DNA from: an uncultured Pseudomonadota bacterium
Lineage (GTDB): Bacteria > Vulcanimicrobiota > Vulcanimicrobiia > Eremiobacterales > Eremiobacteraceae
Direction of reading: 5' to 3'
DNA: 64,000 nt
Assembly: GCA_963736005.1 (NCBI GenBank)
Contig: CAVTNB010000001.1
Span: forward strand, 1,472,001 to 1,536,000
Positions 30,606-40,736 of this stretch are shown here, one piece after another. The notes under the pieces were generated by a model. That model did no database searches. It was given only the letters and a program-made list of their open reading frames with translations, and was not told the origin of the DNA. Made by a program: the position numbers and the translations under genes. The number at the start of each line of letters is the position of its first letter. The stretch's first letter is position 1.

Positions 30606-31559
30606 ATGAAGGCTTTCCACTTTGGCAGCCTAGCTGCGACTGTTTGCAGATCCGGATTCACACTGATCGCTCTTTGGCTTACCTTTGGGCTTGGTGTTTC
30701 CGCCGCAGCCCAGTGGCGCCCCGCCTTACCTGTTCGTATCACGTTCACTGAGCGTTTTGTTTCCGGCCTCGAGCCAGAGGTCGATCTGCGCCCTCAAATT
30801 AGGCAGCGCCACATTCTTATTCGCGACCAGGGCAATCGTGGTACCTGCACCGTCTTCGCCACGACATTTCTGATCGAATATCAAAAGGCCGGCATGGTTG
30901 GTTCGACCGGCGGCCCTTTGCTTTCTGAAGAATATCTCAATTGGGCCGGGAACAAGTCGACCGGTGAAAATAGCGATGGCGGATTTTTTACGAAGTTCAT
31001 CAGCGGGTATCATGCATGGGGCATTGCGCCTGCCAAGGACATGCGCTACCGAGCAACCTACAATGCCACACACCCCGATACCCCGAGCAAAGCAGCCATT
31101 GCCGCGGCGCAGGCGATGTTTCCCCAAAAATATCCCATCACGATTCTTAAAGTCTGGGATGATACTAAGGGGATGACAAAACTGGAAATACAAAACGTGC
31201 TCGCCACCCTGCGTTCTGGGCGACCGGTGGCCACCGGCATCTGGTGGCTCAACACATTCGCAACAGTGAACGTTCGGGGCGTGCCACTCCTCAAAGACTA
31301 TCCGCGTAGCGCCAACTCAAATCCAAATCCATCGCTGAATCCGATGTTCGACGGCCATTCCATCGACCTCGTCGGGTTCCGCGAGTCGAAGGCGTTCCCC
31401 GGAGGAGGCTACTTCGTCTTTCGCAATAGCATGGGTCGGAGTTTTGGTAACGCCGGATACGGCTTTGTGTCATTTCAATATATACGCACGTACGCGAACG
31501 ATGCGATTGCCATTTCGCCGCAGCCCTGGCGGCCGATTTACCCCCATACGACGTATTGA
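30606..31559 (+). CDS. Secreted papain-like (C1) cysteine peptidase
   Basis: VDLR, DQGNRGTC, LSEEY, GHSIDLVG, FRNSMG..FG..GYG. Confidence 0.88.
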   Translation: MKAFHFGSLAATVCRSGFTLIALWLTFGLGVSAAAQWRPALPVRITFTERFVSGLEPEVDLRPQIRQRHILIRDQGNRGTCTVFATTFLIEYQKAGMVGSTGGPLLSEEYLNWAGNKSTGENSDGGFFTKFISGYHAWGIAPAKDMRYRATYNATHPDTPSKAAIAAAQAMFPQKYPITILKVWDDTKGMTKLEIQNVLATLRSGRPVATGIWWLNTFATVNVRGVPLLKDYPRSANSNPNPSLNPMFDGHSIDLVGFRESKAFPGGGYFVFRNSMGRSFGNAGYGFVSFQYIRTYANDAIAISPQPWRPIYPHTTY

Positions 31560-31596
31560 TCAGATAGCGCGCCGCACTGCTCCATAACAAGACGCA

Positions 31597-32142
31597 GTGA
31601 ACTTGCGACCGATTGATCTCCAACCTACCTTGCGGGGCACGCACGTCGAACTCAGACCGCTCCGCGTCGAGGACTTTTCAGACCTTTTCGCCGTCGCTGC
31701 GGACCCACTCATTTGGGAGCAACATCCAAGTCAAGATCGCTACAAAGTAGAAGGTTTCACGGCATTTTTTCACGGGGCATTGGCCTCTGGAGGAGCATTT
31801 CTAGTCGTTGATTCCAAAAATGGCAAAGTTATTGGATCGTCGCGCTTCCATGGTTACAACGAGGACAAAAGCGAGATAGAGATTGGTTGGACCTTCTTGG
31901 CCAGATCGCATTGGGGCGGCATCTACAATGGGGAAATGAAACAGCTAATGCTGCAACATGCCTTTAGTTTTGTCGACAGCGTCATTTTTCTCGTTGGTCT
32001 TCAGAACGTGCGCTCGCAGAAGGCGTTGGAGAAAATAGGGGCAGTGCGTGTGGGATCGAGGCTCGACGCAGAGGGCCGAGACAGTTTTGTCTACCGAATT
32101 ACTGCTTCAACCTTTGCCAAAGAGAAACGCTGGGCACTTTAA
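31597..32142 (+). CDS. GNAT (RimJ-like) N-acetyltransferase
   Basis: EIGWTFLAR..WGG, N.RSQKALEKIG. Confidence 0.9.
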   Translation: MNLRPIDLQPTLRGTHVELRPLRVEDFSDLFAVAADPLIWEQHPSQDRYKVEGFTAFFHGALASGGAFLVVDSKNGKVIGSSRFHGYNEDKSEIEIGWTFLARSHWGGIYNGEMKQLMLQHAFSFVDSVIFLVGLQNVRSQKALEKIGAVRVGSRLDAEGRDSFVYRITASTFAKEKRWAL

Positions 32143-32205
32143 GAAGAGTATTTTTCTAAATTTGGCCTCTTCCGGTTAGATTTTCTTCGGTTCATTCGTT
32201 CAAAA

Positions 32206-32240
32206 CATACTTGAAACGAGTGTTTCATGTATGCTAAACT
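32206..32240 (+). promoter_or_regulatory. TetR operator palindrome overlapping a sigma70 promoter
   Basis: CATAC-TTGAAAC-GAGT-GTTTCAT-GTATG; -35 TTGAAA, extended -10 TGcTAAACT, ATG 7 nt downstream. Confidence 0.7.
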
Positions 32241-32247
32241 ACCTACT

Positions 32248-32850
32248 ATGTCCAGAACCCCGGACGACGCGCGTAAGGCAGAGCTCTTAAGGAAGGCCGT
32301 CGACTATGTCTGCAAGCACGGTCTGGCGGGGCTATCCCTGCGACCGCTAGCCAAGGCGATCGGATCGAGTCCCCGCGTTCTCCTGCACTACTTCGGTTCG
32401 AAGGATGACCTCATCGTGGAGATCATTCGGCAGGGAAGAGCGCGACAGCAACAGACGATGGCGACTCTGAAGCTGACGTCTGACCTGCCTCCGCGCGAGA
32501 TCACCCGAATCCTGTGGCGCCATTATAGCAAGCCGCAATGGGAGCCACTGATGCGCCTCTTTTTCGAAGTCTACGCGCTCGCGTTGCAGGATCGCTCGCG
32601 CTTTCCGGGATTCGTGGAAGGCGCCGTCGAGGAGTGGCTCGCCGCCCTCGAGGCGTGCTCGACGAGACCCGGATACACGCGCGAACGTGCGCGCGCATTT
32701 GCAACGATGATGATCGCCGGGTTCCGTGGGTTTCTTCTCGATCTGTGCGCGACGCACGACCGCTCGCGTATTGACCGCGCGGTCAATCTGTGGCTCACTC
32801 TCCTCGACTATGCCTCTTCAGAGGAAGCTCGCAATGATGCAACAGCCTAA
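32248..32850 (+). CDS. TetR family regulator
   Basis: HTH GLSLRPLAKAIG.S...LLHYFGSKDDL. Confidence 0.92.
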   Translation: MSRTPDDARKAELLRKAVDYVCKHGLAGLSLRPLAKAIGSSPRVLLHYFGSKDDLIVEIIRQGRARQQQTMATLKLTSDLPPREITRILWRHYSKPQWEPLMRLFFEVYALALQDRSRFPGFVEGAVEEWLAALEACSTRPGYTRERARAFATMMIAGFRGFLLDLCATHDRSRIDRAVNLWLTLLDYASSEEARNDATA

Positions 32851-34108
32851 AACTCCACCACGTACCGGTGCGCTTGTCTTCATCTTCATTACAGTTGCGA
32901 TCGATATGATCGCGCTCGGCATCATCGCGCCGGTGCTGCCCAAGCTCATCGCGAACTTTTTGAACGGCGACCTGTCGCATGCCGCCGAAATCACCGGCAT
33001 CTTTGCGACGGTCTGGGCGGCGATGCAGTTCTTCTTCTCGCCGCTGCTAGGGATGCTTTCCGATCGCGTCGGGCGCCGACCCGTGATCCTGATCTCGTGC
33101 GCGGTGACGGCCATCGACTTCGTCATTATGGCGGTGGCGCCGAATCTATGGTGGCTTTTCGCTGGCCGCGTGCTTTCCGGCATGGCAACCGCTAACATCA
33201 CCGCCGCATACGCCTATGTAGCCGACGTTACATCGCACGACAAGCGCGCACAGGCATACGGCCTGCTAAGCGCCGCGTTCGGCTTGGGCTTCATCATCGG
33301 TCCGGCGATCGGCGGTCTCGCCGGCAATGTCAATCCGCGCTTGCCGTTTTGGATCGCCGCAGGCTTCAGCTTGATCAACACGCTCTATGGTCTCATCGTG
33401 CTTCCCGAATCGCTGGCACGCGAACACCGCGCGACGACGATCGATTGGAAACGCGCGAATCCACTTGGCTCCTTGCGATTGCTGCGCCGTCATCCCGAAC
33501 TCTACGGGCTCGCCGGAGTCACCTTCATCACGCTCGTGGCCCACGAAGCCTTACCGGTTCTCTGGGTGCTCTACCTGATCGCGCAGTTCGGATGGAACGA
33601 GCGAGCGATCGGGTTGTCGCTCGCGCTGGTCGGCCTCTGCTCTGCGGTGACCGCTGCAACACTCGTCGGGCCGGTGGTTCGGTGGTTTGGCGAGCGGCGC
33701 ACACTGCTGATCGGCCTCGCGACGTTCATGCTCGGCAACGCGCTCATCGGCATAAACAGCGTCTACGCATTCGTGGCAGGCATCGTCGTGCTCTGTCTTT
33801 CGATTTACAACTCACCAGTGCAATCGCTCATGTCCAAGCACGTCGGCCCCAAGGAGCAGGGTGAACTTCAGGGGGCGATGTCGTCGCTGCGTGGCATCGC
33901 GATGATGATCGGCCCGCTTATCTTCGCCTGGACGTTTGCGCAAGTCACTGGACCTTGGCGGGCGTTCGGCTTCTTCGGCGCACCATTCTTCGTGGCCGGC
34001 GCGATGCTCATCGTGGCGCTCGCAATTGCGTTTCGCGTCACGTCGCGCGAGGACGATGCCGTGCTGCCACTTCCGGAACCACAACCGGTCACACTGGTGG
34101 AGGGCTAG
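32834..34108 (+). CDS. TetA-like MFS efflux pump (TCR/Tet family)
   Basis: GMLSDRVGRRPV motif A, GLGFIIGPAIGG motif C, EQGELQG. Confidence 0.9.
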   Translation: MMQQPKTPPRTGALVFIFITVAIDMIALGIIAPVLPKLIANFLNGDLSHAAEITGIFATVWAAMQFFFSPLLGMLSDRVGRRPVILISCAVTAIDFVIMAVAPNLWWLFAGRVLSGMATANITAAYAYVADVTSHDKRAQAYGLLSAAFGLGFIIGPAIGGLAGNVNPRLPFWIAAGFSLINTLYGLIVLPESLAREHRATTIDWKRANPLGSLRLLRRHPELYGLAGVTFITLVAHEALPVLWVLYLIAQFGWNERAIGLSLALVGLCSAVTAATLVGPVVRWFGERRTLLIGLATFMLGNALIGINSVYAFVAGIVVLCLSIYNSPVQSLMSKHVGPKEQGELQGAMSSLRGIAMMIGPLIFAWTFAQVTGPWRAFGFFGAPFFVAGAMLIVALAIAFRVTSREDDAVLPLPEPQPVTLVEG

Positions 34109-34312
34109 TCGCCTAAGCGCCCAGAACGAAAGCTCGATCAGCGCGAGAGCGTGAGCATGCTCGATTGTTGCGACATCAGATGGCGATCATCCCCGAGCTC
34201 ATGCGGCAGCGACGACAACCCGAGGAATAGGGAGGACCAGGTCAGCCAGCGTAAAAGAGGGTTGCCAACATTCGCGCAGAGTCGCCCACCAAGTCACAAA
34301 GGATGCGGTTAT

Positions 34313-34918
34313 ATGAGACCAAGCCTTAGTTCGTGTTTGCTTGCGCTTCTTACAGCCGTTGCGATCGCGCTGCTCGAGCAGTCCGCGGCTCCAGTCAACG
34401 CGGATCAGCTTTCGCCCGATCTCGCGGCCGCTCGTACAGCGCTTGACAAATATCATGATCCGTTCACGGCGATCCGTGAAGGTTATCTCTCGACGGTTGG
34501 ATGCGTCGCATTCACGACGGCCAGCACGATGAATGGCATGCCCTATCCCGTCGGTGGTATGGGCGTGCATTTCATCAATTTCTCGCTTGTCGGACCGACG
34601 CTTGATCCCACTAAACCACAGGTGCTCATCTATGAACCGATGGCTGATGGCACGCTGAAGCTTGCGGCTGCAGAATGGTTCATGCCGTATAAAGCAGGGA
34701 TGAAGCCTCCCCAGCTCTTCGGCCATCAGTTCTACGGGCCGATGATGGGTCATTACCCCGTCATGCCCAAGGAGCTCGTGCACTACGATCTGCACGTGTG
34801 GTTGTGGAAACCCAATCCAGCCGGAATGTTCGTCCCGACCAACCCTGACATAAAATGCCCCGCAACTGGCTACACCTTCGCGCAGTCAACACCGGATATG
34901 CCCGCACCAATGCCATAA
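34313..34918 (+). CDS. Secreted hypothetical protein (GMGVH/LHVW family)
   Basis: Signal peptide; GMGVHF, P.VLIYEP, YDLHVWLWK.NP.G.F. Confidence 0.7.
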   Translation: MRPSLSSCLLALLTAVAIALLEQSAAPVNADQLSPDLAAARTALDKYHDPFTAIREGYLSTVGCVAFTTASTMNGMPYPVGGMGVHFINFSLVGPTLDPTKPQVLIYEPMADGTLKLAAAEWFMPYKAGMKPPQLFGHQFYGPMMGHYPVMPKELVHYDLHVWLWKPNPAGMFVPTNPDIKCPATGYTFAQSTPDMPAPMP

Positions 34919-34963
34919 GAAATCGAGTCGTCACATCTCTTGACAATGTGACGCGGAGGCTCC

Positions 34964-35908
34964 GTGGCTAAGAAGATTATTGCTGTGGTTGGGAGCACCG
35001 GCTCTCAAGGCGGCGGCTTGGTTCGCGCAATTCAAAGGGACACAAGCGGCGACTTCACAGCGCGCGCTCTGACCAGAGATGTCAACTCGCAAAAGTCACG
35101 AGAGCTTTCGCGGCTAGGCGCTGAGGTCATCGCTGCCGATGTGGACGATGTTGAGAGTTTAAGGCGTGCCTTTGCGGGCGCTTACGGTGCATATTGCGTC
35201 ACGTTCTTTTGGGCCCATCACTCTCCCGACCGCGAGAAAGCCAATGCCAAGGCAATGGCTGAGGCCGCCAAGAGTGCCGAACTGCAACACGTCATCTGGT
35301 CGACATTGGAGGACACGCGCACCTTCGTGCCGCTCGGTGATAGCCGCATGCCGACACTCATGGGCCGATACAAAGTGCCGCATTTCGACGCTAAAGCTGA
35401 GGCCGACGCGTATTTTACCGACCTCGGACTGCCGGTCACGTTTTCCCACGCGTCATTTTATTGGGACAATTTCGTCGCCCGCATGAGTCCCAAGAAAGGT
35501 GCGGATGGCGTCCTCGCGCTGAACCTGCCGATCGGCGACAAGAAACTGCCGGGTATCGCGGCTGAGGACATTGGCAACTGTGCATTCGGGATCTTTCGAC
35601 GGCGCGCGGAGTTTCTCGGCAAGCGCGTCGGCTTTGCCGGCGAAGCGCTGACGGGAGCGCAGATGGCGGCTGCTGTGGGCAAGGCCCTGGGAAAGCAGAT
35701 CCGCTACAATGCGGTGCCGCCGGAAGTCTATCGCGGCTTGGGGTTCCCCGGGGCGGAGGATTTGGGGAACATGTTCCAGTTCTACGCAGACTTCGAGCCG
35801 GTGCTGCTTGCATCGCGCGATGTCGCTCTTTCGAAGTCGCTCAATCCTTCGTTGCAGTCTTTCGAACAATGGCTGACACACAACGCCAGCCGAATCGAAC
35901 TTAACTAA
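34964..35908 (+). CDS. NmrA/HSCARG family NAD(P)-binding protein
   Basis: VVGSTGSQGG, ALTRD, HFDAK. Confidence 0.9.
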   Translation: MAKKIIAVVGSTGSQGGGLVRAIQRDTSGDFTARALTRDVNSQKSRELSRLGAEVIAADVDDVESLRRAFAGAYGAYCVTFFWAHHSPDREKANAKAMAEAAKSAELQHVIWSTLEDTRTFVPLGDSRMPTLMGRYKVPHFDAKAEADAYFTDLGLPVTFSHASFYWDNFVARMSPKKGADGVLALNLPIGDKKLPGIAAEDIGNCAFGIFRRRAEFLGKRVGFAGEALTGAQMAAAVGKALGKQIRYNAVPPEVYRGLGFPGAEDLGNMFQFYADFEPVLLASRDVALSKSLNPSLQSFEQWLTHNASRIELN

Positions 35909-36210
35909 ACTTTCGCTGGCACTAGTCGACCACTTGCCGTTGGATTTTCTTCCACTCGTTCCGTGTATTTGGTATCGCTTTGACTTCGTGAGGGTGTCAC
36001 GCTGTGCGGTGGACGAATCGTCGTATGTCGTGCCTGTGCCTGTCATCACGAGGGAGCTAAGTGGTCGATGCTCCACCGCGATTGGACGCGCTTCAAAGCG
36101 GTTCCAAGTGAGGGCGCAGCCAGAACAGGCGGGAGTAATAGCATAGAACACGAATATCGAGGGCTACGCTCTTACCTTCATCCTTCCGTATAATCGAAAG
36201 GGAATTACAC

Positions 36211-37011
36211 TTGTTGAACCGTTTCCATCAGACGGCGGTGTGCGTGCTTGCCATCGCAGCTTTTGCGATCGCCAGCCTGCTAAACGCGCGGGCGCCAATG
36301 GCCGTCGCTTCGACGGCTACGCTCAAGACCGTAACGACGGCAGATAAGACCGCTTCGGTGGGCCTCCCCGATGGTTGGAAGCTCGCCAAGGGATCGAACG
36401 GCTTTGTCTACGTAACCGGCCCCAATGACGAACGTATCAACCTTGGGGTGCTCGTCGTCGCGAAGAATGCCCCAAGTGGAAGCGGGAACCTCGGTGGGAA
36501 TGTCGTCTTCGCACTCCCCTTTAGCGCGAGTTTGAAAGATAAGTTCACAACGATTCTTCAAACCGGCGCGACGAAACAGGGGTCGCCGCAGCCGCAAATA
36601 ACCTTCGCTGGCCAGTCCGCAACGAAACTTCCTATGTGCTCGCTCTTCCTAGGGGGCTGGACCGCAGCCGCGCAGTCCGTCAAGTTCGAGGCTGTTCTGT
36701 GTTCGCTTCAACCAGACTATCTCGGGCTGTATAAGAATCTCGTTTTTCTGGCGCAAGTGCCCTCGAACCTCGCGGCGAAAGATCGTCCGATTGTGGCTAA
36801 GATCGTTGGCAGTTACCGCGTGACACCTGACATGTTCAAGAAGATGCTTTCACCGTACACCCCCGCGCCGCCGCGCGCGTCAGGCGGGGTGATGCCGGCT
36901 CTGGCGCCGTACCAAGACCCCACGAATTCGGATTGTTTCGACTACAACGTAATCCGGGAATCGCCCCCGTGGGAAGTTCCCATGCACTGCGGTGGGTTGC
37001 AACCCGGATAA
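36211..37011 (+). CDS. Secreted hypothetical protein
   Basis: Signal peptide; upstream TATAAT and AAGGGA. Confidence 0.65.
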   Translation: MLNRFHQTAVCVLAIAAFAIASLLNARAPMAVASTATLKTVTTADKTASVGLPDGWKLAKGSNGFVYVTGPNDERINLGVLVVAKNAPSGSGNLGGNVVFALPFSASLKDKFTTILQTGATKQGSPQPQITFAGQSATKLPMCSLFLGGWTAAAQSVKFEAVLCSLQPDYLGLYKNLVFLAQVPSNLAAKDRPIVAKIVGSYRVTPDMFKKMLSPYTPAPPRASGGVMPALAPYQDPTNSDCFDYNVIRESPPWEVPMHCGGLQPG

Positions 37012-37194
37012 CGTCCGGGGGCGCCGTCGTGTCTCCTGACGGCGGCCATCCTCAACTTGAATTTATCCTGGACATTCTTTAGAGCAATCGTGAAGTAGAG
37101 CACTCATGTTTACCTGCGACGAGTTGCGCTATTCCGCTTTTCTCGGAGCTTGCCAACAGCAACTACACCCGCGTGCTCGAGAGGTTAACCGATC

Positions 37195-38187
37195 GTGAGT
37201 AGAGGTTCGATCTCCGCATTTGTTGCCTTGCTCCTGGTCACGGGTTGTGCGCAAAACAGCCAACATACGGCACCTGCCAATCAAACTGCCAACGTGATGG
37301 CACAGTTGACCATGACGACGCCGGGTTACGTGGCGCCGACGTCTGCACCGCATCCAGAAGAGTTGCCGGGACTACCATCGGGTCATACAATCTTCGTCAA
37401 ACTTGCATTGGTCGATAGGACGCTCCAGATCGCGCCCGGCATGAGATATCATGCGTGGACCTTCAATGGAGGTGTACCGGGCCCGGTGATTCACGCCAGA
37501 GTCGGCGATACAATCGACGTGACGCTCACGAACAGAGCCTCCATCGGTCACTCGATAGATTTTCATGCCGCGCTCGCCCCGCCTAACGTAGCATACCAAA
37601 CTGTGCAGCCTGGGCAAACATTGCATTTCGCGTGGGTCGCGCAGTACCCAGGCGCGTTCCTCTACCACTGCGGCACGCCTCCGGTGCTGGCACACATCAG
37701 CAATGGTATGTATGGGGCGGTCGTGGTGGACCCGCCCGTGGGCTGGGGTCCCTCGGCGCAAGAGTTCGTCTTCGTTCAAAGCGAGTTTTATCCGTCGCTT
37801 TATCCCGGCACAAGCGACGAGTACTATGGAGATATGGCGAAGATGAAAACTAGCCTACCCCAGGTCGTCACGTTCAACGGAGTGGCTTTCCGCTACAAGC
37901 AGAACCCGTTATCGATCAGGGTCGGGCAACTTGTCCGGGTTTTTGTGATTAATGCTGGACCCAGTCATTTCTCCGCGTTCCACGTGATTGGCACGATCTT
38001 GCGGACGACTTTGGTCGACGGCAATCCGCAAAACAAACTCGTTGGGCTTCAGACCATCGCCGTTCCGCCGGGTGGTGGAGCTGTGGCTGAGTTCCAGGTG
38101 GAACAGGCGGGCACATATCCGTTTGTAACCCATTCATTCGGTGATGCTGACGACGGTGCCATGGGAGCATTCATTGCGACCAACTGA
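37195..38187 (+). CDS. nirK: Copper-containing nitrite reductase (lipoprotein)
   Basis: Lipobox VTGC; HSIDFHAA, YHCGTPPVLAHISNGMYG, SAFHVIG, YPFVTHSF (type 1 and type 2 Cu ligands, catalytic Asp/His). Confidence 0.9.
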   Translation: MSRGSISAFVALLLVTGCAQNSQHTAPANQTANVMAQLTMTTPGYVAPTSAPHPEELPGLPSGHTIFVKLALVDRTLQIAPGMRYHAWTFNGGVPGPVIHARVGDTIDVTLTNRASIGHSIDFHAALAPPNVAYQTVQPGQTLHFAWVAQYPGAFLYHCGTPPVLAHISNGMYGAVVVDPPVGWGPSAQEFVFVQSEFYPSLYPGTSDEYYGDMAKMKTSLPQVVTFNGVAFRYKQNPLSIRVGQLVRVFVINAGPSHFSAFHVIGTILRTTLVDGNPQNKLVGLQTIAVPPGGGAVAEFQVEQAGTYPFVTHSFGDADDGAMGAFIATN

Positions 38188-38279
38188 CTGTTGAAGTCAG
38201 CATTTGCCCTAAGCGCGGGAGTACGAGAGCGGTACGCATAAATCCATGATTCGGTCGTAGGCACTAGTGGGGTAACGCG

Positions 38280-38798
38280 ATGTCGTACGGGTCTGACGTC
38301 TTCGTTGTAAACCTCATCCTCGCAACCGGTGTCGTCGTTTTGATGACCCTTGTAGGGTTGTCATCGCGAGCGGGCCCTGTGCCGCAGCTAACGGTCGCGA
38401 TGACAGGTTATGCCATAAGGCGGTGGTGGTTCCTCGCACTCTTGGCAACATTGATTGCTGGATTCTTTCTCACGCTGCCTTATTTCCCGTACCCGCGCGC
38501 TGCCGCCACCGAACCTGTTCGACACTACCAAATCATCGCGCAGCAGTACATGTTTAGCCTCCCTACAGTCGTTCCATTTAATACACCAATCATGTTTGAC
38601 GTCACGTCGCACGATGTTAATCATGGCTTCGGCATCTACGACGATCAAGGACGCTTGATCGGCCAGGTACAGGCAATGCCCAACTACGTCAATCATTTGC
38701 CGTTTACGTTTACCCATCGCGGAATCTATACTGTGCGCTGCCTCGAATACTGCGGCATCGGCCACACCTACATGCACGCGCAGTTCGAGGTACGCTAG
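38280..38798 (+). CDS. Heme-copper oxidase subunit II with CuA (sNOR NorS-like)
   Basis: DVNHGF ... CLEYCGIGHTYM CuA motif. Confidence 0.88.
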   Translation: MSYGSDVFVVNLILATGVVVLMTLVGLSSRAGPVPQLTVAMTGYAIRRWWFLALLATLIAGFFLTLPYFPYPRAAATEPVRHYQIIAQQYMFSLPTVVPFNTPIMFDVTSHDVNHGFGIYDDQGRLIGQVQAMPNYVNHLPFTFTHRGIYTVRCLEYCGIGHTYMHAQFEVR

Positions 38799-38799
38799 C

Positions 38800-40272
38800 A
38801 TGAACATCATCGAAGACGATCTGCGACCAGCACGAATAGTAATGTGGCTCTACCTTGTCACCGGCCTGGCTATCGTCTTCCTCATGCTGCTTCTTGGATT
38901 GGTGCTGCGTGGCGAACAAGCACAATGGATTTCGTTCAGTCCGGCTCTCTTTTATTCGTTTATGACGCTGCACGGCATTGGAATGATCACCGCAGTAACG
39001 ATCGCCGGCATGGGGATGATGTGGTACCTCGTCCGGTGCAATGGTTCACTCGATGCGCGAGTCGCTTATTTCTGTTATGCATCGATAGCGCTTGGCGTGG
39101 TGGCAGTCTTGGTTGCGGTGCTTATCGGACGATTTGCCGCGGCTTGGACCTTCCTCTATCCATTGCCCTTTGTGGGAGCGACGTGGCCATCGTGGGCAAC
39201 AGGTTCGTTCTTGTTTGGCGTCGCGCTCGTCGATCTCGGATGGCTTATCTTTTGTATTCAAATCCTTGCAGCGAGCGTGTCGCGATATGGAGGGCTTGGC
39301 AGCGCGCTCGGCTTTGATTATATTTTCCATCGGGTCTCGTTTGATGCGGCGGGCAAGCACCCGCCGGAACCGCAAGCTATCGCAGCCACAGTGGTCTCTC
39401 TTGACGGCGCTATTACTGGCGCCGCCGGTATGGTGATCGGCACTGCGCTCATCGCGCACTGGCTAAATCCATCTATCGTGCTCGACTCCCTGTGGGCGAA
39501 GAATGTAACTTATTTCTTCGGACATTCGATCGCCAACCTTACGATCTACATGGCGATCGCCGGCGTCTACGTGGCATTACCATTTTATACGAAACGCGAA
39601 TATCATACGTCGCCCGTGTTCGTCGTGGCGTGGTGGGGCACGCTACTGTTCGTGCTCATCGCATACTTCCATCACCTCTACATGGACTTCGTGCAGTTTC
39701 GGGCTCTGCAATATGTTGGAGAGGCTGCATCCTATCTCGCGGCAGTGCCCGTGGCTGTGGTAACTGTCTACGGAAGCGCGCTGCTCGTCTACCGTTCGGG
39801 CATGCGCTGGAGTCTCGGCTCACTGCTGATTTTTGCGGGTCTCATCGGATGGCTGGTTGGAGGGATTGGTGCGTTATTGGACGCGACTGTACCCTTCAAT
39901 TTCGACTTGCACAACACGCTATGGGTTCCTGGCCATTTCCACACCTACTTGCTCGAGGGCGTCTTGCTGTTCATCCTTGGGTGGGTGTTCTTCATGCTCG
40001 AACAGCGTCGGGGGCAAATCACGAGCGCTGCCGTACGTTGGCTGATAGGGCTCACCTTCTTTGGGGGCGGGGGAGTATTCTTATTGGGATTCTACGCGGC
40101 AGGAGCAGCCGGCGTACCCCGTCGCTTTGCAATCGAACCAACCCCTGGACCGCACATCGCAGCGTGGTCAACCGTCGGAGCATTGATTCTTGTCGTTGGC
40201 CTTCTTCTGATCATCGGTGAAGCGCTGCGCCTAGCATTTGCTGGAAGGAAAGTGGAGCCCGAAAAATGTTGA
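38800..40272 (+). CDS. Heme-copper oxidase superfamily subunit I, sNOR-type nitric oxide reductase (NorY-like)
   Basis: MTLHG, FFGHSIANLTIY (Asn where O2 reductases have the cross-linked Tyr), FHHLYMD, HFH, RRF. Confidence 0.8.
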   Translation: MNIIEDDLRPARIVMWLYLVTGLAIVFLMLLLGLVLRGEQAQWISFSPALFYSFMTLHGIGMITAVTIAGMGMMWYLVRCNGSLDARVAYFCYASIALGVVAVLVAVLIGRFAAAWTFLYPLPFVGATWPSWATGSFLFGVALVDLGWLIFCIQILAASVSRYGGLGSALGFDYIFHRVSFDAAGKHPPEPQAIAATVVSLDGAITGAAGMVIGTALIAHWLNPSIVLDSLWAKNVTYFFGHSIANLTIYMAIAGVYVALPFYTKREYHTSPVFVVAWWGTLLFVLIAYFHHLYMDFVQFRALQYVGEAASYLAAVPVAVVTVYGSALLVYRSGMRWSLGSLLIFAGLIGWLVGGIGALLDATVPFNFDLHNTLWVPGHFHTYLLEGVLLFILGWVFFMLEQRRGQITSAAVRWLIGLTFFGGGGVFLLGFYAAGAAGVPRRFAIEPTPGPHIAAWSTVGALILVVGLLLIIGEALRLAFAGRKVEPEKC

Positions 40273-40724
40273 CCATTGGCCGCGTGGTTCTCTGGTTGCT
40301 TGTGGTCGCAGGAGCCGGAGCTCTCTTTGCCCCCATTTGGCACCCTGGCGAGCACTTGGCGACGCTCGTGCACCATTTAGCGCATGCAGTGGTTCTTGTG
40401 GGAGGGTGTGCACTGGGACTAGCGATCGCGCAGCCAAGGCCAACAATGTCTGAACAGACGTGGTGGCTCGTGCCTGCAATCGGCGCCTCGCTCGTCGTCA
40501 TGCTGCTCATGTGGCCGTCGCTCTACGAGGCTACCGAATCGTCCGTGTTGCTGCACCTTCTCGATCACCTTGCCCTCGCTGTGTGTGGCTTCACCGCGGC
40601 ATATGCTGGTCAGCGATATCGGTTTGGCGCGGGTTGGATACTCGCTGGAGTGGTTCTTCTGATGGCGATCACCGCGGCTGGTGGCTTTGGGGGTCTTATT
40701 CGCGGATCGTATTCGCAGCTCTGA
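40266..40724 (+). CDS. His-rich membrane protein (CtaG/DUF1404-like fragment)
   Basis: HHLAH and HLLDH in TM helices; overlaps the subunit I stop. Confidence 0.6.
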   Translation: MLTIGRVVLWLLVVAGAGALFAPIWHPGEHLATLVHHLAHAVVLVGGCALGLAIAQPRPTMSEQTWWLVPAIGASLVVMLLMWPSLYEATESSVLLHLLDHLALAVCGFTAAYAGQRYRFGAGWILAGVVLLMAITAAGGFGGLIRGSYSQL

Positions 40725-40736
40725 GAGCCGGATTTT

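Noticed and set aside
37096..37118. NsrR-like 11-1-11 site upstream of nirK (AAGTAGAGCACTCATGTTTACCT)
   Set aside because: Symmetry too weak to support without a position weight matrix
38280..40272. Ordinary aa3/ba3/cbb3 cytochrome c oxidase
   Set aside because: Lacks the HPxVY Tyr motif (has HSIAN) and is clustered with nirK
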